DNA of 11,174 bases from positions 1 to 11,174 of the forward strand of contig JBGCFM010000098.1 in the NCBI GenBank assembly GCA_045106895.1, written 5' to 3'. The notes beneath the pieces are model-generated. The model did not search any database. It had not been told where the DNA came from and worked only from the letters and a program-made list of their open reading frames with translations. The stretch is from Polyangiales bacterium (GTDB taxonomy: Bacteria; Myxococcota_A; Polyangia; Polyangiales; Houyiibacteriaceae). A program made the position numbers and the translations under genes. The stretch's first letter is position 1. Every line of letters begins with the position of its first letter. Below are positions 1 through 6,802 of the stretch, in pieces.

Positions 1-39
1 CACTTGTTATTGTGGCGCGTGGCGGTATGACCGGAGGGC

Positions 40-561
40 ATGGACGCGGCGGAGATGTTGGCGAAGGGATTTACCCGCGAAACGACCATCGTCCGGGATG
101 CGGCGGGCCGGTGGTTCCACGATGGGGAAGAGCTGGAGCACAAGGGGCTCTGTGCGAGCTTCGACGCTTGGATCGACCGAGCGCCGGATGGCCGCTTTTG
201 TCTCCAGAACAACATCAACTGGGCCTTCGTCGAGATTCAGGGGCCTCCCTACTCGGTTCGCGCTTTTGCGCTCCGCGACGACGGGCCCTGGCTGAAGCTC
301 TCAGGCAATGTTGAGGAGCGCTTCGACGCGGGCTCGCTCTGCATCGATCCGGAGGGGGTGCTCTGGTGCAACGTCCGCGGTGGACGGGTTCCGGCCCGCT
401 TCGAGAATCATGCGGCGCTTCAGCTTGGCGCGCATCTTCACGAAGAGAATGGCGAGTTCTTGCTGCGCCTCGGTGATGAGACGTACAGTCCTGCCGACTG
501 CGCAGATCCGATGAATGCGTGGCTGCCCGAACACGGGCACGTGGAGAGTTCGAATGGCTAA
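40..561 (+). CDS. DUF1285-like hypothetical protein (173 aa)
   Basis: ATG 40 to TAA 561. Motifs 'I..D..G.WFH.GE.L.H', 'DGRF.L....WAFVEI...P', 'G.L.C.V.GG...ARF' resemble the DUF1285 family as I recall it. Its 3' end overlaps the next gene's start by 8 nt. Confidence 0.75.
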   Translation: MDAAEMLAKGFTRETTIVRDAAGRWFHDGEELEHKGLCASFDAWIDRAPDGRFCLQNNINWAFVEIQGPPYSVRAFALRDDGPWLKLSGNVEERFDAGSLCIDPEGVLWCNVRGGRVPARFENHAALQLGAHLHEENGEFLLRLGDETYSPADCADPMNAWLPEHGHVESSNG

Positions 562-1267
562 GGCGACCCCCAAAAAAGCGAAGGCGAAGGAAGCGGTGCG
601 GGAACCCGTCAGCGCCGCCGGGTCGAAAGACGCGGACGCCACGGAAGCGCCGGCCGCCGGCGGCCGGCGTAAGGCGGACTTTTTGGTCGCGCTCATTGGT
701 TTACCGCTCCTTGTCTTGCTCGCCTACGCGCTCCTCGACGGATACAAACGCGAACAAGAAGGACCGCTGCGAGCCGCCATCGGGTCCGCACGCTTCGACG
801 AGCTCATGGCTGGCGAAGGCGGGACACCTCACTACCTGGGCTACGAGCGCCTAGCCCCCGACGTCGAGTTTACCCGTCGTGATGGAACCACGTGGTCCCT
901 CCGCGAACAGCGCGGCAAGGTCGTCGTGATGAACTTCTGGTCCATCACCTGTCGCCCCTGCATCGAAGAGATGCCTTCCGTCGAGATGCTCGCGCAGATG
1001 GCGGACGAGCGATTTGGCGGCAACGTGGAAGTCGTCGCTGTCTCCACGGACGCAGGGTGGGACGCGGTTTCTAGTGTTTTGCCGTCCGACCCGACGCTCA
1101 ATCACCTTTTTGACCCAGACAAAGCCATCGTCGAAGGGGTGTTTGGCACGCAGCTTTACCCGGAGACATGGATCGTTGATGCCGACGGCGTCATTCGTTT
1201 TCGCTACGATGGAGCGCGAGATTGGGCTTCGCCGATCATGCTTGATGTGATTCAGCTCTTTCTCTGA
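554..1267 (+). CDS. Membrane-anchored TlpA/ResA-like thioredoxin (protein disulfide reductase family), 237 aa
   Basis: ATG 554 with GGAGAG at 543-548. Lys/Ala-rich N-tail, a TM helix (FLVALIGLPLLVLLAYALL), then 'APDVEF...G...SL...RGKVVVMNFWSITCRPCIEEMPS' (CxxC at 950-961), 'VVAVSTD' and the cis-Pro loop 'YPETWIVDADGVIRFRY.G..DW'. Confidence 0.9.
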   Translation: MAKATPKKAKAKEAVREPVSAAGSKDADATEAPAAGGRRKADFLVALIGLPLLVLLAYALLDGYKREQEGPLRAAIGSARFDELMAGEGGTPHYLGYERLAPDVEFTRRDGTTWSLREQRGKVVVMNFWSITCRPCIEEMPSVEMLAQMADERFGGNVEVVAVSTDAGWDAVSSVLPSDPTLNHLFDPDKAIVEGVFGTQLYPETWIVDADGVIRFRYDGARDWASPIMLDVIQLFL

Positions 1268-1316
1268 GCGCTCGTTTTTCGACTCCTATGGACGCAATCC
1301 CCACCGCCAGGCTCGC

Positions 1317-1322
1317 TAAGGT
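1317..1322 (+). promoter_or_regulatory. Putative -10 element (TAAGGT) 6 nt before the ATG at 1329; leaderless-type
   Basis: TANNNT hexamer, then cgcgcc, then ATG. No convincing SD beyond the AAGGT inside the hexamer itself. Confidence 0.45.
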
Positions 1323-1328
1323 CGCGCC

Positions 1329-2192
1329 ATGTTGAAAGGCCTCATCAAGACGGCCCGCCCGCACCAGTGGGTGAAGAACCTCTTCGTCGTCGCGCCCTTG
1401 GTTTTCGCCAAAGGGCTCTCGGACGTCGAGATGGTGGGTCGCTCCATCGCGGCGTTCTTCTGTTTTTCCTTCGCCGCCTCCGCGATCTACTTGCTGAACG
1501 ACGTGGCGGACGTCGAAGCGGACCGGGTTCATCCGGTCAAACGAAACAGGCCCATCGCCAGCGGCGTTGTCCCCGTGCGCGCAGCACGGATGGCCATGGC
1601 GGGCCTCGCCCTCACGGCCCTTGTCGGAGGCGCGTTCCTCGGACCACTCGTCGCGGCCTGTCTCGGCGGCTACCTGCTGCTGAATGTCGCGTACACCTAC
1701 AAGCTCAAGCAGGTCCCCTACGTGGATGTGCTCTGCATCGCGACGGGGTTTGAGCTGCGCGTGCTTTGCGGAACCTTTGCCCTCGACCTGCCGCCGACGA
1801 TTTACCTGCTCATCGTCACGTTCTTGCTGAGCTCGTTCTTGGGCTTCGGCAAACGAATGCACGAGCTGAGCATGTCCTCGGGGACAAAGTCCCGCGCCGT
1901 TCTCAAGAGCTACAACGCCCGCACGCTCACGGTGCTCTTGCAGCTGACGGCGCTCGCCACGACTGGAACGTATGTCGTGTACACACTCGATCCGGCCGTG
2001 CGTGAGTTCTTCGGCACGGACTACCTGGCGGCGACCATCGTGTTCACGGAGTTCGGCGTCATTCGATTTATGGACCTCGTGAAGGCCGGGAACTCCGAGA
2101 GCCCAACGGAACAGATGCTCAAGGACTGGCCCTTTTTGCTTAACCTGGCGCTCTGGGCCGTCGCCGTGGTCTTGGTAATCTACGTCACCTGA
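1329..2192 (+). CDS. UbiA-family prenyltransferase, decaprenyl-phosphate phosphoribosyltransferase-like (287 aa)
   Basis: Signature motifs RPHQWVKNL, YLLNDVADVEADRVHPVKRNRPIASG, AYTYKLKQVPYVDVLCIATGFELRV, GFGKRMHEL and ESPTE..LKD, with many TM segments. Confidence 0.88.
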   Translation: MLKGLIKTARPHQWVKNLFVVAPLVFAKGLSDVEMVGRSIAAFFCFSFAASAIYLLNDVADVEADRVHPVKRNRPIASGVVPVRAARMAMAGLALTALVGGAFLGPLVAACLGGYLLLNVAYTYKLKQVPYVDVLCIATGFELRVLCGTFALDLPPTIYLLIVTFLLSSFLGFGKRMHELSMSSGTKSRAVLKSYNARTLTVLLQLTALATTGTYVVYTLDPAVREFFGTDYLAATIVFTEFGVIRFMDLVKAGNSESPTEQMLKDWPFLLNLALWAVAVVLVIYVT

Positions 2193-2235
2193 ACACGTTT
2201 CCTGAGCGTGTTTACTGAGCGCGTTTACCTGAGCG
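2189..2235. repeat. Degenerate 13-14 bp tandem repeat, ~3.5 units, consensus CTGARCRYGTTT(A/C)
   Basis: CTGAACACGTTTC (2189) / CTGAGCGTGTTTA (2202) / CTGAGCGCGTTTAC (2215) / CTGAGCG (2229). Confidence 0.85.
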
Positions 2236-2240
2236 GCTAC

Positions 2241-2675
2241 TTATCGGCCGGTCGCTCGTTCTCTGAGGGCACGGTTGAACGCGGAGTACCCGTCGTGGAG
2301 GCGCTGGTTCATTGCTGGCCAGGCCAGCTCGAAGGCTGGGCCCCCAAAGTACTCGCCGTGCTCAAGCTGCGTGCCGCCTTCGCATTTCGTCAGGCGAAAG
2401 TAGTGGCTGCCGTGGGCGATGCGCGAGAGCCAGCGGCTACCTGCGGGGCCTTCCCAGCGCAGCTCGTTCCCTCCGGCTCGCACGACCCGCGCTTTGATGG
2501 GCAGCTGAAGCGTCCCGAGGACGATCTGGAAGGCGATATCGGTGCCTTCACGTAGCTCGCCTCGAAAAGACCGGATGAGCGGGTTCCACTCCGGGTATCG
2601 GGCTGTATCGACGAGGTGGCGCCAAACAATAGAAGGGGGAGCGGGGATCATCTCGCAGGTGCGAACGACGGGCAT
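2241..2675 (-). CDS. SRPBCC (START/polyketide cyclase-like) domain protein, ~144 aa
   Basis: 'I.APPSIVWRHLVD..RYPEWNPLI', 'ELRWEG', 'G.HYFRL....GGTQLEHGEYFGG', C-terminal helix 'GYSAFNRALRERA'. ATG 2675 preferred; GTG 2690 is possible. Confidence 0.88.
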   Translation of the reverse strand: MPVVRTCEMIPAPPSIVWRHLVDTARYPEWNPLIRSFRGELREGTDIAFQIVLGTLQLPIKARVVRAGGNELRWEGPAGSRWLSRIAHGSHYFRLTKCEGGTQLEHGEYFGGPAFELAWPAMNQRLHDGYSAFNRALRERATGR

Positions 2676-2764
2676 GGAGCCTTCTACCACTTCAGTCGCT
2701 GCCAGGGCCTTTGGAATCGCGCCTCGTCATGCCGCAAAACCGGGCGGAGAGGCCATGAGCCTTG

Positions 2765-2770
2765 TATGAT
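2765..2770 (+). promoter_or_regulatory. Putative -10 element TATGAT, 9 nt before ATG 2780
   Basis: 5/6 match to TATAAT in a divergent intergenic region of a GC-rich genome. No SD before the ATG. Confidence 0.5.
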
Positions 2771-2779
2771 GCCGGCGAT

Positions 2780-5626
2780 ATGCGCTCATTGATCCTCCTT
2801 TCGCTCCTTGTTGGAGTCGCGGCCTGCGGCGACGATGACCTCACCTTCCCGGACTCGGGGGCGGACTCAGGTCCTGCGGACGTCGGCGTCGATGTGGTGC
2901 AGCCAATGGACGGCGGAATGGATGGCTCCCGCGAGCGTTTTTGCTTGCCGCCGGAGATCGAATGGCAGACCAGCGTCCTCGCGATGACACCGGGAGTGAC
3001 CCGGGAGATCCGCCTCGACCTGGAGCGCGACTTTTGCGAAGGCATCGACCTGACGTTTAGCGTCGCGGACTCCTCCGTGGCGACGACCATCGAAACTGCA
3101 GCCTACGAAGCACGCCGCACACGCGTTGTTGTGCCGATCACCGGCGTCGCCGTCGGCGAAGTCGAGGTCGTCGCCTCCTACGTTGACCGTCTAGATGGCA
3201 TGACGCGAAGAGCGACGTTGACGGTGCGTGTTGAAGAGCCCGTGCTCGAGACGTGTTCCGGCAGCGGCGGCGGCCGTCTGATGTACGGCGCAGAGGTAGA
3301 GGTCACGGATGGGACCCTCGCGGGTTCGGCGCTGATGCTCCCCGCCGGGGCGGAGCGAGACGACCAGTACCACGTCGACGAAATGGACGTCGCCATCGAC
3401 TGTGGTGCGGACCAAGTTCCCGACGGTTTCACGGCGCTTGGACCTGCTGTTCGCTTCGCGCCGGAACCCACGCGTCTCGGCCGTGAGCTCTTCTTCACGG
3501 TGCCGGTTCGTCTAGGGCTCATCCCCCAGGGCCGCTCCGTCGGTGACGTTCAAATGGCTTATACCGGTCCCGGCGTCTCCGAGCCGCGCATCGTTCCTGT
3601 GGCTTCCCCGAACTTTGTCGAAGAAGGCGTCGTCACCTTCGAGGCCCCACGTTTCGGTACCTACCAGCCTGTGGTTGTGGCTGGCGTTCGCGGAACCCGG
3701 GAACGTGAGTTCTCCTTCCGCGGCATCATGGGTGTCTCGATGGGTAGCGCCGGCGCCGCGACCATCGGCACGAACAACACCGACCGCTTCGACTTCATCG
3801 GTCCCTTGGGCGGACCCGTCGATTGGCTTCACATGCTCAACTACATCCGCCAGTACCACATCGCCGGATTCTGCGATGAAGCGCAGCGTCTCGCGACGCC
3901 GGAAGCCTGCACGACAGCTCAGACATCACGTACGCCGGCGCCCGGGCTCTTCGAGACGGCTCAGGACTTCGAGCACTGGAACTACGACGACGACTACATG
4001 GGTCAGGGCGGTACGTTCGACCGCCGTCAGTACGTTCAAATCTTCCGCGACCTCTCCATCATGTACGGAAACATGAACTCGACGGGCGCCCTCGGCGAAG
4101 AGGAAGCCCACGTGACACCCCCGGGTGTTCCGAACTCGCGACGCGCGATGCCGGACGGGGAACGCTGCGCGAACCCGGTCGTTCTTCCGCCGGAGCCCTC
4201 CGGTGGCGACGGGGACCCAGCGACGGGGTTCTACGATGACGAGTACAACTCCGAGGGCCAGTACCCGGTCATCACGTTCTGCGATGCAGGCGAGCTCATC
4301 GTCGATGGAAACCGCGATATTGGTTTCTGGGAGCCGGGACCCCGAAACAACTACCCCGTCGAGGTGGCTTTGGCCGTGGACATCAACGCCAACGGTACGC
4401 GTGATCCTGGTGAACCCGTCGTTCGTCAGATTCGCGAGAACTTTGAGGACTGTGGTCTCGACCAGTTGTGCAACGCGGACGAAGCCGGCTACGACGCAGT
4501 CAACAACCCCGACCCCGCCGGCGACGACTACGACTACCAGTACAACCCGAACGGAACCGAAGCGAACTGGGTCCGCGACTACGTCGGCGCGGAGGTCGAA
4601 GGATGCGCGAGCCCCACACCGAACCCCCCCGCGGGCATGGGTGAGCGCTTTGAAGACACCGGCATGGACGGCGTTGCGGGCACCCCTCAGCTCGGCGAAG
4701 GCGGCTACGACGCTGGTGAAGGCGATGGATGCTGGACCCTCGCTCGCGGCGCGCAGCAAATGCTCGACACGAACCCTCGCGGTTTCGTTCAGACGCGGCC
4801 CCTCGACGAGCTTCGGCGCGTTGACTTCTTCAGCGATGGCGGCATCCGCGACCTCTTCAGCTTCGCTTCCAATCAGAACCAGCTTGCAGGCGCCTTCGCA
4901 GGACGTGGGCTTCCCGTCGGGCTCTTCAACGCTCACGCGGGCTTGCTCTTCAACGGGCTACGCGGCGACAACGACTTCGACTACACACGCGTCGATTGGA
5001 GCCAGGTTGGCCAGTACGTTCACATCCGCTACGGCGACATTGACGCGGACGAAGGAACCAAGGAGATCGGCGATGGTGGCCACGTCGGCACGACCCGACA
5101 GATCCTCAACCGACTCCTCGGCACCATGGCGTGGATGAGTGACCGATGGCCCGGCGGCGACCGCGAGCAGGACAACGACAGGATCTGCGTCGAGGAATCC
5201 GTCTTGTGCGAGAACATCAACCAGATCGAGTTCGACTTCGAGTCCAGCGATGGTCGCGTGGGACCCACGTCCGTGGTCTTGCCCCCGGGCTACTTCTACC
5301 CGGAGAACGCCGACAAGACCTACCCCGTCGTGTACTTGCTTCATGGGTACGGCATGAGCCCCGGCGACCTCTTGGCGACGGGCATCATCATCTGGAACCT
5401 GATGACGAGTCGCGTGATCCCGCACGCCGACCGACTTCAGAAGATGATCTTTGTATTCCCCGACGGCAGCTGTAGCGGTGACGAGTGCATTCGAGGTTCG
5501 TTCTACACGAACGGCCCCGAAGCGAACGGAGGTCCTCAGATGGAGAACTTCAACCTCGAGCTGATGGACTATATCGACGCGAACTATCGAACGCGCGATC
5601 CTGAAATCCGCACTGTTCCTGAGTGA
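2780..5626 (+). CDS. Large lipoprotein (948 aa): acidic linker, Ig-like domain, ZU5-like domain, circularly permuted alpha/beta-hydrolase (esterase) with a large insertion
   Basis: Lipoprotein signal MRSLILLSLLVGVAA|C (Cys at 2825). GVSMG at 3731-3745, DFFSDGGIRD at 4823-4852, GGH (His at 5081), and C-terminal VVLPPGY / YPVVYLLHG / MIFVFPDG / ELMDYIDANYRT at 5273-5593. Confidence 0.85.
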   Translation: MRSLILLSLLVGVAACGDDDLTFPDSGADSGPADVGVDVVQPMDGGMDGSRERFCLPPEIEWQTSVLAMTPGVTREIRLDLERDFCEGIDLTFSVADSSVATTIETAAYEARRTRVVVPITGVAVGEVEVVASYVDRLDGMTRRATLTVRVEEPVLETCSGSGGGRLMYGAEVEVTDGTLAGSALMLPAGAERDDQYHVDEMDVAIDCGADQVPDGFTALGPAVRFAPEPTRLGRELFFTVPVRLGLIPQGRSVGDVQMAYTGPGVSEPRIVPVASPNFVEEGVVTFEAPRFGTYQPVVVAGVRGTREREFSFRGIMGVSMGSAGAATIGTNNTDRFDFIGPLGGPVDWLHMLNYIRQYHIAGFCDEAQRLATPEACTTAQTSRTPAPGLFETAQDFEHWNYDDDYMGQGGTFDRRQYVQIFRDLSIMYGNMNSTGALGEEEAHVTPPGVPNSRRAMPDGERCANPVVLPPEPSGGDGDPATGFYDDEYNSEGQYPVITFCDAGELIVDGNRDIGFWEPGPRNNYPVEVALAVDINANGTRDPGEPVVRQIRENFEDCGLDQLCNADEAGYDAVNNPDPAGDDYDYQYNPNGTEANWVRDYVGAEVEGCASPTPNPPAGMGERFEDTGMDGVAGTPQLGEGGYDAGEGDGCWTLARGAQQMLDTNPRGFVQTRPLDELRRVDFFSDGGIRDLFSFASNQNQLAGAFAGRGLPVGLFNAHAGLLFNGLRGDNDFDYTRVDWSQVGQYVHIRYGDIDADEGTKEIGDGGHVGTTRQILNRLLGTMAWMSDRWPGGDREQDNDRICVEESVLCENINQIEFDFESSDGRVGPTSVVLPPGYFYPENADKTYPVVYLLHGYGMSPGDLLATGIIIWNLMTSRVIPHADRLQKMIFVFPDGSCSGDECIRGSFYTNGPEANGGPQMENFNLELMDYIDANYRTRDPEIRTVPE

Positions 5627-5654
5627 TCCGACTTTCTTCACTGAGTAACAAGCC

Positions 5655-6794
5655 ATGAAGCTCCGAGAGACGAGCGTCTACGTGCACTTCCCGTGGTGCG
5701 CGAAGAAGTGCCCGTATTGCGATTTTGCGACCACAAAGCGGGCGCCAGGGGACATTCCTCATGACGACTACGCGGACGCCATCATCAAGGAGCTGCGGAG
5801 TCGGGGCCCCCTCGATGACCGTCGGCTCTACAGCGTATTCTTTGGTGGAGGGACTCCCAGCCTGTGGGCGCCATCGGCTGTGGGTCGTGTTCTGAAAGCG
5901 ATTCGAGCTGCGTTCGCGAGTGAAGTGGACGCGCTGGAGATCACCGCCGAGTGCAACCCCAACTCCCTCACGGATGCATGCATCCAGGGGTTCGCCGATG
6001 TCGGTATCAACCGCCTGAGCATCGGCGTGCAGTCCTTGCGTAACTCGCAGCTGCAGTACTTGGGGCGCCTCCATGACCGCGCCGAGGCGCTCTCCGCCTT
6101 GGAGCGCGCTCAAAAGAGGTTCGACCGAGTCAGCGCGGATCTCATGTTCGGCATGCCGGGGCAAGAAGAGCTTGCGGCGGAGATCAACGCTGCCGTCGCC
6201 ACCGGCGTCAAACACGTCTCGGCCTATGCGCTCACCATCGAACCGGGGACGCAGTTTGGAGAACGCCAGCGCCTTGGAAAGTTGGAGGTGGCGAGCGACG
6301 ACACCTACGCACGTCTTTTCGGCGACGCCGAGCGCCTCTTCGGGGACTCCGGGTTTTCGCACTACGAGGTGAGCAACTACGCGCAGCCCGGCGAAGAAGC
6401 GCGCCACAACCTGCACTACTGGCGCGGTGGCGACTACTTAGGTTTGGGAGCGGCGGCGGTGGGCTGTCTCAGCACAGGGCCCGTCGCGCGTCGCTACAAG
6501 AGCAGCGCGGACGCGGAGAAGTACATGGCGGCGGACGGGATGCTTGAGGCGGAGGCGGAGGAACTCGACGCGCAAGCACGCATCCGCGAAGCGCTCATGC
6601 TTGGCCTGCGCATGAGCGAAGGCGTCGATCTGGAGGCACTGGAGGCACGCGTGGGCGTGGACCCACTTCAAGGGCGTCGGCGCGAGTTCGAGGCGCGGGT
6701 GCGTTCCGGCGACCTCGTACAAGAGGGCGCGCAGATCCGCGTTCCCCACGAGCGGTGGATCCTCCTAGACGGCATTGTCTCCGACCTTTTCTAG
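5655..6794 (+). CDS. hemW: Radical SAM heme chaperone HemW (HemN-like), 379 aa
   Basis: YVHFPWCAKKCPYCDF (CX3CX2C at 5697-5720), SVFFGGGTPS, EITAECNP, INRLSIGVQS, LGRLH, DLMFGMPGQ, HVSAYALTIEPGT, YEVSNYA and the HemW-type HNxxYW (HNLHYW). Confidence 0.93.
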   Translation: MKLRETSVYVHFPWCAKKCPYCDFATTKRAPGDIPHDDYADAIIKELRSRGPLDDRRLYSVFFGGGTPSLWAPSAVGRVLKAIRAAFASEVDALEITAECNPNSLTDACIQGFADVGINRLSIGVQSLRNSQLQYLGRLHDRAEALSALERAQKRFDRVSADLMFGMPGQEELAAEINAAVATGVKHVSAYALTIEPGTQFGERQRLGKLEVASDDTYARLFGDAERLFGDSGFSHYEVSNYAQPGEEARHNLHYWRGGDYLGLGAAAVGCLSTGPVARRYKSSADAEKYMAADGMLEAEAEELDAQARIREALMLGLRMSEGVDLEALEARVGVDPLQGRRREFEARVRSGDLVQEGAQIRVPHERWILLDGIVSDLF

Positions 6795-6802
6795 CCCTCG
6801 CC

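Noticed and set aside
1266..1280. GAGCGCTC followed by GTTTTT as an intrinsic terminator
   Set aside because: The palindrome has no room for a loop, so any stem would be too short to be a credible hairpin.
2189..2235. Repeat considered as a mini-CRISPR array or iteron set
   Set aside because: Units are only 13-14 bp, directly adjacent with no spacers, and there is no cas or rep gene in the window.
3926..5656. Long alternative ORFs (3926-4936 -, 4125-5138 +, 4958-5656 -) overlapping the large lipoprotein
   Set aside because: These are typical stop-poor shadow frames of high-GC coding DNA: V/A-rich antisense and T/S/R-rich off-frame translations with no motifs.
5594..5660. Frameshift or premature stop truncating the esterase domain (pseudogene)
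   Set aside because: hemW begins 28 bp after the stop, leaving no room for a missing half, and the 'missing' GxSMG/Asp/His motifs are present upstream in the same ORF.
5550..6416. 288-aa minus-strand ORF
   Set aside because: Antisense shadow of hemW.
5655..6794. Radical SAM enzyme as a RiPP maturase or true HemN coproporphyrinogen dehydrogenase
   Set aside because: Length and motifs (CPYCDF, YEVSNYA, HNxxYW) fit HemW. There is no SPASM/twitch domain and no precursor peptide nearby.
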